DNA from: Eutreptiella sp. 'Long Island Sound 2002'
Lineage: Eukaryota > Protista > Euglenida
NCBI GenBank assembly: GCA_964036045.1
Contig: OZ038379.1
Span: 13,144,001-13,208,000, forward strand
Direction: 5' to 3'
DNA length: 64,000 nucleotides
Part shown: positions 24,508 to 37,918 of the stretch, piece after piece
Position numbering within the stretch: position 1 is the stretch's first letter
How the letters are laid out: every line of letters starts with the position of its first letter
The notes under the pieces: generated by a model
Databases searched by the model: none
What the model was told of the DNA's origin: nothing
The model's input: the letters and a program-made list of their open reading frames with translations, nothing else
Program-made: the position numbers and the translations under genes

Positions 24508-26949
24508 CTTAGAGGGCTTAAACATTGCTCGCTTTGATTTTTCGGAAATTTTACCCGAAACCCCGCTCATCGACCCCTCTGACTCGGGTTCACCGAGAGT
24601 GTTTCTGAAAGGCAACGGAGCCTTGGCACAACCGGGTAAATCAGTGACACCATAATGTTGCCTAGCATGAAGAACTTCTCAAATTTAACTTTTGAGCATG
24701 AAATTCAACTTTTTTTTACTAGCAAAATAGCGGTGCGATTTCAGCACCTTCAGAGGGCTTGCATGCCTGTTCTTCTGGTGGTGCATGTTCTTGGTGGGGG
24801 CTGTCACCCAGAAGGACGTGTAGGGAATCCACTCAGCACAACTACAGAGGCTGGTGTATTCACTACCTCCTCTTGCAAGAGCAACACCACAATCTCAAAT
24901 TTTGATAGAAACAACATCTACCGTTGCTGTGACAAAGGTGGATATTCACAAAGGGTAAAGTGGGACATGGTTCCGAAACACCTACTGGTGCACTGACAAG
25001 TGCTTGGGGGGGGGGGGGGTGTTACAAGCACCATGATCAGTTTAGCCATTCACGGCTGTGTTTGTTGTTATTTTAAGGGGGGTAGGGGTTGCAGCAACCA
25101 ATGCAGGTTTGACAACAGTGTACTAGGCTGCAGGGCTGTCCTAAAAAGGCAAGAAAGGGGGGGCGGGGGGGGGGGGGGCATGGCATGGGCTGTTAGTGCA
25201 GAGTCCCACACACAATGCTCTTCCTCATTTCTTGCACACCAATGGCAGACCTGATCAAGGAAAAATTGCTAATGCACGGTTTCGTTTGCAGATCATGTGC
25301 AGCTACCTTGTAATCCGCAGGGGGTACTTATGTTTGTGAAAGCCCAAAGGTACACATACGGACACCAAGACTCATCAGACCAAGATGAAGACCAGACTGT
25401 GAAAGGAGACTCAGTGTTTCATCTTAATTGGTGTCCAATGCATGCAAATTCCCTAATGGCGGTGTGATTATGGCTTAGAGTGATGCGAATAAGAAATTCT
25501 GCATAATTCAAGTTTTTAAATCCGAAATACGCTTGCCGGTGGGTGATGAATATCTGGGGCACGGCACCTGTGTGCAGCTGCCATTGCAAGACAGAAAATC
25601 CAGACCAAAGCCCCAATCCCCCGAACCACTCACAACAAAGACATGCCAATTAGAGTAGACCAATGGATGCGTCTACCAAAAGACTTCTTCCTGTTGGTAC
25701 TCTTTAAACCGCGCATGAGTATTCCTACCAGTGCCTCACCGCCTCATCTGGTGTGCCTCTCCAGTTTGAATAATTAGGTGAATGCCTTTCAGATGGTATT
25801 ATTGTATCCCAGAAAAGAGCTGTTGGTGACAACCAAGTGTATGTACATTGACCTTCATTGGTGAACGCTTGTGCAGAGATCGCCTGACGGCAGGTGACCA
25901 AATATCTTGGAAAGACATTACAAATTCACTGACATTACTCCACCAATGGCTGAATTGAGTTGCGGTGCAAATAGGTGCTGAAATGATTTGGCCCTTGTAT
26001 TAAATTTTGCACACACCGGGCATGACCCATGACCCTCGGCGGAAAACAGGTTGGCCTCAGTTGCACAAGTAAAGCCCAAATATGCTGCCCATATTCACAA
26101 GGCCATTATTGATGCTGACATGTTGGGTAAGATTGCGTGGATTTATCACTTGGTAATCTGAGATGGGGATAGATCATCACACAATATGAGGGATTGTTTT
26201 ACTTTTGAAGTTGTGGCCTATGATAGGGCATACAAGGACCAAGTGCATGACCATCCATATGTTTTGTATTGGAGATCCATTGCGAGGTGAAGTGGCACAA
26301 CACAATATGATTGCACAATGTACACCTTTGCTGGTGAAATATCCCTCTCCATCCAACTTTTGCACCCTGCCTTTTCATCATTTAGGGCTGAGTAGTGGCA
26401 AATAATTCTGGGCAATACGTCATGACAAGAAAGCATAAGTATGAAAGCATCCTCGTGTTTATGTTTATGGATAGTCTTGTGATCGTTGAGCCAAACACAG
26501 AGTCCCAAGCTCAGGGAATGCCGTACACGCAATGTGCACACAGTGCAAATTTTATTTGTCGGCAACTACTCGAACCATTATTTGACCCTTCCCACAAGTT
26601 ATCGCGTCTTTTAGGGTATGAAATAATTTGGGATTTTGCTACATTGCTACATAGTTGCATGGCCATGTGCGGGTTTGCTACACCCATGTCAGTTTTGTAT
26701 CTGTAGGCAAACTAGCCATCAGCCGTATGACCTTGAACTCATCTACCTGAGTGCGTATGGGCAGAGGAGGGATGCCTCCGCAAAAGAAGAAGAAAACGAT
26801 GGCGGTGTTTGTTGCTGATTGTGTGTGCACCGTTCAAGTGATATATCTGAGTGTGGCATCTGCCACTTGAACATGTGTACATCTTGTATGCCATTGGATA
26901 GTTGTATTTTAAGTGCCTAATTTAATTGTTCATATGTCCATTGAAGTAC

Positions 26950-27850
26950 AAGGTTGGATATCCAAAATATTTCATCTGTTGCTGTAGTTGTTTTGCCTTA
27001 TTGTACACGGGAGGGTGGATGATTTGCATGGGATTCTGTTTTGGTGGGGTTTGCTACATATGTACGCATTGTGCACGCAGTGCACAAACGTTCCCCGAGG
27101 GTGACAACAGTGTTGTTACTAGCGTCTCTAATTTGGACACGGCTAACTCTCCCATGTTTGCGACATCTAACCAACATCTTGACGCTGTCATTCTGATTTT
27201 GGTTGGGATTTGGATGATTTCTGTTAGAGTTCTTGAACATGTTTTCGCATGTACGTTATTACAGCCTTTTGAAAATGTGTTCCGTTGACAAGATCTGCGG
27301 CCTGATTGAGAAAGTGAGAGTGCACAAGCGAGAACAAGTACCTGCAGGTATGCCTTCACCCTGCTATTTAACTCATCTGAATCACTCGTTTGCTCTTGCC
27401 CATGAAGTCTGTTCAACAGTTGAGGACAACAGGGGTGAACACCACCCCTACACAGACACACCGCACTCCCATCCCATAGACATGTGCATACCCAGCCATG
27501 CTGAATTCAGTCCCGCTCTGGCCAATAGGTGCAGATGTTGCAAATGTTTGCACAAGGGAGGACAGGGGGTGGGTGGGTATCTATGCAGTGTCCTCTGGCA
27601 TGTACAAAAAGACAAGGGAAATATAGTTTGTGTTGTTACTGGCAACCGGAGTAACACTTGTGTACATTGGAAGGTACAGATATGGGGCTTGTGCAGGTAC
27701 TGGTATCCGCAGCTACAACCCTGAGTTGGCAGCACTACATAGCAACCAGTATGATGTGGTGCATTGCCAAAGAGCAATCTTCAAGCGAAGTACCATGAAG
27801 GATATGAAGGAAAGCAATGGAGGATTCATACTGCTTTCGCAGATAATCAT
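26950..27850 (+). mobile_element. Possible decayed KDZ (Zisupton/HMGXB3-like) transposase relic
   Basis: Fragments across frames: KYFxC...VDDLH (~26965-27029), MFAQGRTGGGWVSMQCP (27544-27594), LSWQH (27721-27735), YD (~27750) and NL...EG. These resemble recalled KDZ motifs (VIMDLH; GGW.xxCP; LLSWKH; IYD). The CP-to-LSW spacing is longer than I recall. Confidence 0.3.
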
Positions 27851-28750
27851 TACGAACTCATGTTAGCAAGCAAACTACAGTGTAGGGCAGGTCAAGATAT
27901 TCCTCAAGATGTCAGTCAGGTCAAGATGTCAATCTACATTTCCTTTGAGTGTCTTTTGACTTTGTTTGCTCCTAGTCTTAACGCCCTGGCCACCTTTCCC
28001 ACGCAGAAGGACTGTTTGTGCTGATAGCAGTTTTTTGAGCTACATTGTTGCACTATCATTGTCTCAAAATTGGTTTCAGCATACAGGTATGGATAGAGCA
28101 TTGCTTTTTGCCCCCCATCCCCCCACCCCACCCCACCCCGCCCATCCACCCATGTGTACTGCATTGATCGATGTGCACATTCTCCAATTGGAACCCATTG
28201 AAACAACGGCTGAAAGTGTCTAAGGCGGGGACATTCGTTCAATCAGTACTGACCATTGAGCCCCCCTCCCGCCCACACACCCACTGCATACCTGGGGTTG
28301 CCAACGGTTGTGTACAGTAATAGCGCCGTCTACACGGTGTCGCAGCTCTTGCACAATCTGCACTCTGTAACATTCATGCCCACGCCACCATCTCCTGAAT
28401 GAACCTTTTTTTGATCATGTTCTCGCTACATCCGCTGCACTAATACCACCACTTTATTGCACCCATGTTTGCCTTTCTCCCTTATCAAATACGTTACTAA
28501 GGGATGTCACAAAGCGGTAGCTGCTAAAATGTGCCTGCTTGTTGTGTAGACGCCAGACGGAGTGAGTCAAACGGGGTTGTCTATCACACACCTATCCACC
28601 TCTTGTTCCCTTGGGGCTTCCCCCTAACCCAGCTACCTCGCCCTCGCACCTCTTGCCATGCCTCATGCTCATCCATGCCACACCCTTTCACGTGAATACT
28701 GGACTTGCTTCACTGCAAACACCGGCAAGTATGATCGGTCGAAAGGCACA

Positions 28751-29288
28751 AATTTTGCCCCATCTTGTGGGCCACTTCTGATTTTGCCCCCCGCTCTGAG
28801 GCGGTGGGGCTCCCCGATACGGCAGGGGTGAGGTAGCCAATTTGCCCACTTGTGGGCCACTTCTGATTTTGCCCCCCGCTCTGAGGCGGTGGGGCTCCCC
28901 GATACGGCAGGGGTGAGGTAGCCAATTTGCCCACTTGTGGGCCACTTCTGATTTTGCCCCCCGCTCTGAGGCGGTGGGGCTCCCCGATACGGCAGGGGTG
29001 AGGTAGCCAATTTGCCCACTTGTGGGTCACTTCTGATTTTGCCCCCCGCTCTGAGGCGGTGGGGCTCCCCGATACGGCAGGGGTGAGGTAGCCAATTTGC
29101 CCACTTGTGGGCCACTTCTGATTTTGCCCCCCGCTCTGAAGCGGTGGGGCTCCCCGATACGGCAGGGGTGAGGTAGCCAATTTGCCCACTTGTGGGCCAC
29201 TTCTGATTTTGCCCCCCGCTCTGAGGCGGTGGGGCTCCCCGATACGGCAGGGGTGAGGTAGCCAATTTGCCCACTTGTGGGCCACTTT
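28751..29288. repeat. 85-bp minisatellite, 6 full units plus partial flanks
   Basis: Unit gccacttctgattttgccccccgctctgaggcggtggggctccccgatacggcaggggtgaggtagccaatttgcccacttgtgg starts at 28771, 28856, 28941, 29026, 29111 and 29196, with only isolated substitutions. Confidence 0.97.
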
Positions 29289-29999
29289 GCAGCAGTCACA
29301 TGCGCGCTCAAGGCGCTTAGCGCGTGCACGTAGATCTGAATGTAGAGATACTCAGATTGTTGATTGATCCATGAATGTTTTGTATGTTTAATGCTTCAAA
29401 ATACATTTCATTTTGTCTGTAGGCACTATGAAGGGTCCTACAGCGAAATCAGTGTGATTCGCTTTGTAGTGCCCGTTTGCTTCGCCAGTGGCCTGCTACA
29501 ATTTCGCTGTTTTTGGGCATTGTGGATTTCGTCGCCAAGGGTGGTCAGGAGAATCAACGACAACAAGAACAATTTTTGCGGAGCTTACGGGCAGCGTTTC
29601 AGCTGCATTTCAATGCAGGTTTGGGTATTTTTGCCCCCCTTCAACTGCTTCCGCCGTCAGGGTATATTACCAGCTAAAGGTGATGGATGCGCCGCACCGA
29701 CAGCAGCTACAAGTGTTTCTGAAGGAGTTGGATACTGCAGACGCCTGTTTTTAAATTGCAGCACAGGAACGAAGCTACACCGAGCAGGCATTTGTAAGAC
29801 TTCTACGACAAGTCGACGAGGACGCAAAATACGAGCCTGCGGCGGATGCAAGACTGCCGCCATGTTTGGGCGGGCCTGCTTCCACAAAACAGTACCGAGC
29901 ACGGCAGGGACAACAAAGAGTTGACGCTGTGCGTGTTGCCGCGCTCAATGCGCTGTGCGTCAGTGGTCAGCGACACGAGGGCAGTGAAAGCGAAAAGGT

Positions 30000-30518
30000 C
30001 GGGGTGGCGCTGCCAAAGAGAACTGCTGCCGAAGCGACAGTGGAGAACGCTGTGAGATCAGGTTCGAGCTGCAGGCCAATGCCAACGCTCATGTTGGCTT
30101 GTTCACGTCGGGGCATGACCTGTCCTGCATGTATGAGATCGTAATTGGTGGCTGGAACAATACGCAGTCGGCTATACGGAGATCAAGTCAAGGCAGCGTG
30201 CTTTGTAGTGTTCCTGGCCCTCGGCTTGATGGCACATTGTCGACAAAGATGTGGATGACGCTCCGGGATGGGAGGCTGCGCATTGCGACCAGCGACATCG
30301 TGGGTGAAAATGAGTGGATGTGTGGGATTGACCCCAACCCACTTGAGATTGTGGAGGTGGTGCCCATGACAGGCTGGGGCGCTTCTGGTATGTGGAAGCT
30401 CCGTGTTGGCAGCAGCAACGGTAGCCCATCCCTCCCTTCCTTGCTCCCTTGTGGAGGGCATTTCAATTTCCTACTCCTGTCTGCGTGGTTTCTGATGTGG
30501 GTGGGTGGTCTGCTATAG
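30000..30518 (+). pseudogene. Farnesoic acid O-methyltransferase (FAMeT/Methyltransf_FA)-like domain, probably the C-terminus of a disrupted gene
   Basis: Reads EIRFELQANANAHVGLF...MYEIVIGGWNNTQSAIRR...MW...DPNP...TGWGASGMW. The frame is blocked upstream by TGA at 29985-29987. Upstream protein-like sequence is in another frame with a TAA at 29752-29754. Confidence 0.75.
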
Positions 30519-30809
30519 TAATGGCATACTTCGTCCCCCCCGCCCCCGGCATCTGGGTCCACTGAGCAATGGTGCGCGGATATGAACTTGTGTTCGGCCG
30601 GATTATGTAGGATGAGGGACGGAGAGCCGGTGAAATGAAGAGACTTTTGTTAAAATTTCAAATCCCTAGGCTCAATCGACAGGCACCTTTGTTTGGGTCC
30701 TACTTTGGGATTCAGTTGCCTGATGCCCTCCCCCCCCCCCCTAGGGGGCCTCCGGCCAACGGTTAGTGGGGGGGGGGGGGGGGGTTGTATGTGGCGGGTT
30801 TTGTTTTCA

Positions 30810-32030
30810 GGTGCATCTACCGCCCTCTTGTTGCCTTTCCACGTTGTGTTTGGGCTTTTGTGGTGAGGCAGTCCCCCTCTCTTCCCATGTTGCATTGCCA
30901 TGGCGTTATTTGGTGGTAATGTGACCTCCCTCACTCCTTATTTGTGTGGAGGGCTTTGTTTTAAGGTGCAGTAAAGCGCCCTTGCCCTCCCTTTCGACAT
31001 CGTGTTTTGGCTTTTTTGACAAGACAATCCCCCCTTTTGCCTTGTGGCATTGCCACGGCTTTATTTTGTGGTGATGCAACCCCCCTCCATTTCCTTGGTA
31101 TGTGGAGCTCTTGTGGTGCATCAACCACTCTCTCTGTGGATCTCCACGTGCTACCCTTGCTTACCCTTTGTGCATTGCCACTGCTTTATTTGTGGTGATG
31201 TGCCCTCCACCATCCCCTTTGTGTGCAGAAGGCGTTTTTTCGCGCCCTCATTTTGTCCTTCCACGTGGTGCCTGGGCTTGTGTGGTGAGGCAGTCCCCCT
31301 CTCTTCCCATGTTGCATTGCCACGGCGTTATTTGGTGGTAATGTGACCTCCCTCACTCTTTTTTTGTGTGGAGGGCTTTGTTTTAAGGTGCAGTAAAGCG
31401 CCCCTGCCCTCCCTTTCGACGTCGTGTTTTGGCTTTTTTGACAAGACAATCCCCCCTTTTGCCTTATGGCATTGCCACGGCTTTATTTGTGGTGATGCAA
31501 CCCCCCTCCATTTCCTTGGTATGTGGAGCGCTTGTGGTGCACCAACCACTCTCTCTGTGGATCTCCACGTGCTACCCTTGCTTACCCTTTGTGCATTGCC
31601 ACTGCTTTATTTGTGGTGATGTGCCCTCCAACATCCCCTTTGCGTGCGGAAGGCGTTTTTTAGTGCCCTCATTTTGTCCTTCCACGTGGTGCCTGGGCTT
31701 ATGTGGTGCCTGGGCTTGTGTGGTGAGGCAGTCCCCCGTTTTGTCGTTTTGCATTGCCACAGCTTTATTTTGTGGTGATGCGAGCTCCCTCATTCTCTCT
31801 TTTGTCATTTAAGGTGCATCAATTGCAATCTCTTTACTTTTCCACGTAATTTGGTGAGACGTCCCTTGCTTTCTTTTGCGGTGGTGTGACCTCCCCATTC
31901 TTTTTGTGTGTGGAGCGCTTTGTTTTTAAGGTGCATCTACCGCTCACTCCTTACTTTCCATGAAGTGGTTGGGCTTTGGTTAGTGGTGAGGCGGTCTTGG
32001 TAACGTTCCCCCATTCCCTTTGTTTGTTGA
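30810..32030. repeat. Degenerate tandem repeat with a 422-bp higher-order period built from ~125-155-bp gcattgcca/ttgtggtgatg modules
   Basis: ggtgaggcagtccccctctcttcccatgttgcattgcca occurs at 30862 and 31284, and more diverged modules continue to ~32030. Confidence 0.85.
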
Positions 32031-34405
32031 GGGCATTGTATATTGTGCATCAATTGCTCTCTCTGGTGGCAGGGGTTGGGCAAAATTTACGCACCGTAGG
32101 GTAATACATTGGAGGTGTCAGCTACCTTTGTGATGAATGGCAACAAATGGGGGGCCAGGAACCATGAACACATGCCAAACTCAGGAGCCCCGGCCGGACT
32201 GCAAATGCACGATTTGGAATTGAGCAAACGTTATGTTGCAGTTCATGTGCTAGTGTTCAATGCCTCTGCTTCAAGTGAGGCACGGAGGGAGCGTTCGTGT
32301 GCAGCGCGCAGGGCAACATTTTGGGCTACTTCTGATTCCTACCCAAGCTTTTGGGGTGGATTCTACCCCTCATGGACTTGCCCCTTTCCAGTTGGGGATA
32401 TGGACCGGCCCCCTCCCCTCGACCATCGTCCCCCAGTTCACCTAGTTTGATGTGGCTACAAGGTGCATCTATGTGTATTGTCAAACAGGCAGTTGAGCTG
32501 GGTACATGGTGATACATGCAGCATGTCCGTTGTGGAGCATCAGTTTTTGCCCCTAATGTCCTCAGTCAGAATAAAAGTAGCGCGCACCCCCACAGGTTGT
32601 AGCAGCAAATCAATTTTGTGTAGGCTTTGCTGCAATCCGCTTTTTACAACAGATAGGAACAAAGTGAATGCTGCCAGTAGGCAGTGCAGGAGACTGAAGG
32701 GGACAGGGCGAAGAGCCAAGGAATGTTATGCTGCAGCAATGCTGCAACAATAGTAGTCGAATGCTGGAATTGTGCATCATCCACATGGCTTTGTTGCGCC
32801 AATAGGCAGCTGATGAACCATAATTGGGAGGGAGGTGGCTCACCAGGCGTCACACCAGGTAGACCACATGCATCAGGAGCAGTATATCACGTATGGCAGT
32901 GCTTGTTGAAATCTTGTGTTTCTTAACACCAGAATAGGTGTCCTAAGGTGGCTCAGCAACCATGAAGAACATTGCAAATGTTTGTTCATGTGTTTCTGGT
33001 TGGGATGTTCAGCAACTGTGACGTTTTGGCCAAAAACGCGGAAAAACCTCAGATTTGTCAACTTTCAAAATGTTGGCTTTGCATACCACTTTGGCATCAT
33101 CTATGGAAGAAAATAATTTTTGTCCTGCACCAACAAGGTGAAAAAAGGATATGATGCCATAGAGGGCACAACAAGACCCCTGCAGCACATGCCCCCCCCC
33201 CCAAGCACAAGCAGAGAGGCAGCCGGCAGATGCCGACACCCTTCACAACGGTGACCCATGCCACCAACGCGTCACCCACCACGACGATCTTCTCCACAAC
33301 CCAAGTGACGCAGCCGCGCCCGTCTTCATGTGGTCGAATGGACGCCGAGACCACCTTGAGGCTTAAAGCGACAGCCTGCTGTAATCCTAACTCTTTCGCC
33401 AACGTCTGCGGGGCTACCAGTGGTGGTGAAAGAACCTTCGGCAAGGTGGAAGAGCTGGAAGTTTGCAAGTCCGAGGTGGAAGACGTGGAAGTTTGCAAGT
33501 CCCAGGGGGAAGAGGTGGAAGTTTGCTCTCCAACTGGATTGAGGTGTCCCCCTTGATTCATTGCATGTTCTGCATCACTCAGTGATCGTGTGGTTGGCAC
33601 TAAGACCAGCGACAAAAGCTCATGGACCCAAACAGCCGATGTGTCACTCATGGCAAGTTTGTCAGCCTTGGACCACCTTCTGTGCTTCGATTCCCACCTG
33701 CTGCATTGCCGTTTTGGGCCCACCCGCGCCAGTCGCCCGGGCTAGGGCGTTGCTGGCGTCAGTGAAAGGAAGCTTGATAACACACATGCAACTACGCAAG
33801 ACAAACTCTTGTGATCCTATTACCCTGGAACATTGCTGCATATCCATACCAGGAGGTGCAGAGTGAGCGGCAATAGCCGCGGGAGTAGGAGGAGAAGTAG
33901 GAGGAGCGGGGGCGCCTATGGAAAGAAGGCAAGGAACAACAGGAGGAGCTATGACAAACTAGGTGTTGATCCGTTGTGTGAGGTGACTGATGACAGTGGA
34001 CTAAAGACTGCCCTCTACAGTCTGCATGGAGGCACCTTGAACGGCGTCCCTGTGTATAGCTGGTATGCAGCCAGCAAATTCCACAACTCCCTTACATCAT
34101 GCACCGTAGGCACCCCCTTTTGAACCGCATGTTGGATCCGAGCCACCCAACCGTGACTCTGATTGATCCTTTTCCACTCCAAATGGGCCAGGTCTAGCAC
34201 CTGCTTTTTGCCTACATTTTTTGACCACTTCTCCTAGTGATCTGTGGAGAATTGGATCAGTGCGTCTAATCCATGCGGCGCACCCTCCATTTCGATTACG
34301 AAAATCGACTAAGCGCGGAAATGGAACATATAGATGCTGCATAAACACACTATCGACGGCAGCTCCGGGAACGAATTAAACTTCAGGTTCTACGGAAACT
34401 AAAGA

Positions 34406-37400
34406 TCTCCAAAGTGGGGAGCAACAAACGTGGCCTTGCAATCTCGGAGTCCCTAAAATGGGACACAGTCAATGAAGCCACCTAAGACGTGATGTCTAAG
34501 GATCAAAAAAGTGGGGCCCCATGAATACGGGCACGTAGTCTCTTTGTTGTTGGGGTCCGAAACGGGGGGAGCAATGAATTTGCCGAAGTTAGCTCGCCCT
34601 TCCACTTGGACGGCCCAAGTTGCTCACCCGCCCAAAAAACAAACCCCCCCCTCGCAATGCCCCCAACAAGTGTTCATGAAAACGGGGCCTGACAACAATG
34701 GAATTTAAATTTTTTGAACACGGGTCACAAACAGCATTGTTTTTCGGTACTCAAAGTACGCAATGAATGTGGCCACATGACTGCCGCCTTCTGGGGTCCC
34801 CAACATGGTGAGGAATCAATGTTGCTACATAACCCTTGCCTTCTTCTGGTCCCCAAAACCGGGGGCACTCAATCTGGCTACATAACCATTGGCTTCTCGC
34901 GGGCGCCAATGTGAGAGCAAAAAATGTGGCTAAAGAACTGCTGCCTGCTTGAGGTCCCGAATGATGTAGGATTCAATACGGCTACAACACCATGGTCTAG
35001 GTGCGGCTTGAATGTGAGCAATCACTGTGGCTATATCACGTGTCCGTTTGCGGTGTACCAAACATGATGAGCAATGAATGTGGCTGTGTAACGACTGCTT
35101 GCTCTGTACCCCCAAAGGGTGGAGCACTTATTGTGGCTTTTTAACCCAGGCCTTCTCGGAGTGCCCAAAACAAGATACAACCAATGTGGCTAACTGACCG
35201 TTGACTTCTTAGCATCCCAAAAGTATGGGGCAAGCAATGCGGCTAGGGAGTCCCTTTCTTCGTGGTGTCCTGCAAGTTGGGAGGATTCATGGTGGCTACG
35301 TGAGCTCGCTCCTGGGGCCCAAAAGTGGGGAGCAATCAATATGGCTACATAACCCCTTCCTTGTCGGAGCAATGTGGCCACATCACCCAGCCCTCCGAGG
35401 ATAGCTGAAATGGGGAGCAACTACGACGTTCTCCAGGTCACCAAAGTGGGGACGATCAATGTGGCTACATCACTTGTGCCTTCCCGGAATCGCCGAAGTG
35501 GGGTGAAATTAATGTGGCCACATAACCTCTGTGGCCGAAGAGTTTACAAAGTGGGGAGAAATCAAAGTGGCTACATAATGCCTGCTGTAGGGGAGTCCTA
35601 GATATTGGGAGCACTCGATGCGGCTACACAACCGCTGCCTTCTCGAGGTCCCCAAAGAAGGAGTAAATGATACTACGAGAAAATCATGGCCTTTTGGGGG
35701 GCCCAAATGTGAGAGCAAGCAATGTGGCTACATAACCCCTGCCTTCTCCGGGTCCACAACGTAGTGAGCAATCAATGTGGCGACATAAACGCCGCCTGTG
35801 TAGAGTGCCTAAGGTGGAGAGCAGTCAATGTGGCCACATGACCAATGCTTTTCGGGGTGCCCCCAAAGGGGCAAGCAATCAAAACAACTTCAAAACTAAT
35901 ACCTTCTCGGCGGCCGCAATGTGACAGCAACCAATGTGGTTACGTCACCCCTACACTCTGCCGGGCCCCAACATGGTGAGCAATCAATGTGGCTGCATAA
36001 CCATGTGTTCTCGAGGTCAACCATGTGGTGACCAATCAATGTGCCTAAAACCACCGCCTTGGTACAGCCCCAAAGGGGAGCACAATCAATGTGTGCACAT
36101 AACCCATGCCTTCTCGAGGTGCCCAAAAAGAGAGCAATCAAAACGGCTACAAAACCACGACCTTCTCGCGTGCCCCAGTTTGAGAGCAATCAATGTGGCC
36201 AAATCAACATTGCCTTCGCATTGTCCCCAACATGGTGAGCAATGAATTTGGCTACATAACCCCCCGCCTTCGCAGAGCGCCCAAAGGGATCAAAGGGATG
36301 GGCAATCAATGTGGCAACGGAAAGATTGCCTAGTGGAGATCCCGAATGATGGAGGAATCAAGACGGCTGCAAAACCATGGCCTCATTCCGGGCCCGAATG
36401 TGACGGTAATGAATGTGGCTACATCACCCTTGCGTACTCGGTGTACCAAACATGGTGGGCAATCAATGTGGCAACGTAACGGCTGCTTGATCGGTATCCC
36501 CAAAGAATGAAGCAATCGACGTGGCTATTTCACCCCAGCCTTCTCGGAATCCCCAAAATAAAACACAATCAATGTGGCTACCTAACCGTTGATTTCTAAG
36601 CATCCCAAAATAGGGGGCCAGCGGTGTGGCTACGTAGTTCATTCCTTCTTGGGGTCCTCCAAGTTGCAAGCAATCATGGTGGCCAAGTCAGCTTGCCGTT
36701 CCCGGGGCCGCTAAAAAGGGGAGCAATCAACATGGCTACATAACCCCTTCCCTCTCGGAGCAATGTGGCTACATCACCTATGCCTTCTGGGGATCGTTGA
36801 AATGGGAAGCAATCAATGTGGCGACATAATGTCTGTGTTCTCGGGGTGGCCAAAGTGGTGAGCAATCAAGGTGCCTGCATAAGCCTTTCCTTGCGGAGAC
36901 CCCAAAGTGGTGAAAATCAATGTGGCTACATGTCCCTTGCCTTCGCGGGGTCCCCAAAATTGGGAGCAATCAATGTGCCTACATAAGCCCAAACCTACTC
37001 ATGATCTGAAAAAAGGCCATTAACCAAAATTGCCAAATCAACTCCGCCTTCTCATGGTCATGAAAATGTTGATCAACCAAGACGGCTATCTACCCTTGCC
37101 TTCTCAAATTCCCCAACGCCAAGAGCAATCAACATGGCTACATACCAACCACTTTCTCGGCATCCCTAAAGCAAGGAGTAGTGAATGTGGCTATAGGCCC
37201 ACTGCCTCCATGTGGGCCCCAATGTGAGAGGAATCAATGTGGCTCTGTGGCTACATAACCCCTAAATTCATAGAGTGCCCAACGTAGTGAGCAATGAATG
37301 TGGCTACATAATCCCCGCTTGCGCAAGATGCACGAAGTTGGCGTCAAAAACGTGGATACATAACCCATGCCTTGATGGATAGCCTTGATGGTCTCCAAAG

Positions 37401-37918
37401 TGGGGAGCAACAAACGTGGCCTTGCAATCTCGGAGTCCCTAAAATGGGACATAGTCAATGAAGCCACCTAAGACGTGATGTCTAAGGATCAAGAAAGTGG
37501 GGCCCCAGGATTACGGGCACGTAGTCTCTTTGTTGTTGGGGTCCCAAACGGGGGGAGCAATGAATTTGTCGAAGTTAGCTCGCCCTTCCACTTGGACGGC
37601 CCAAGTTGCTCACCCGTCCAAAAACAAAACCTCCCTCGAAATCTCCCCAACAAGTGTTCATGAAAACGGGGCCTAACAGCAATGGAGTTTAAATTTTTTG
37701 AACACGGGTCACAAACAGCATTGTTTTTCAGTACTCAAAGTACGCAATGAATGTGGCCACATGACTGCCGCCTTCTGGGGTCCCCCACGTGGTGAGGAAT
37801 CAATGTTGCTACATAACTGTTGCCTTGCGGTGGTCCCCAGAACGGGGGGCACTCAATCTGGCTACATAACCATTGGCTTCTAGCGGGCGCCAATGTGAGA
37901 GCATGCAATTCGGCTACA
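34406..37918. repeat. Degenerate ~53-bp satellite array, left part
   Basis: Consensus is approximately ccccaaagtggggagcaatcaatgtggctacataacccctgccttctcggggt, with ggctaca at ~53-bp spacing (35461, 35514, 35568, 35620). The 34406-34925 block recurs at 37392 (period 2986). Confidence 0.95.

Noticed and set aside
28669-29329. Long minus-strand ORFs of 85-201 aa
   Set aside because: They are by-products of the stop-free 85-bp minisatellite cycling through frames.
33440-33530. Three 30-bp repeats (gtggaag...gtttgc) within 108- and 208-aa ORFs
   Set aside because: A local tandem duplication; neither strand gives a recognisable protein.
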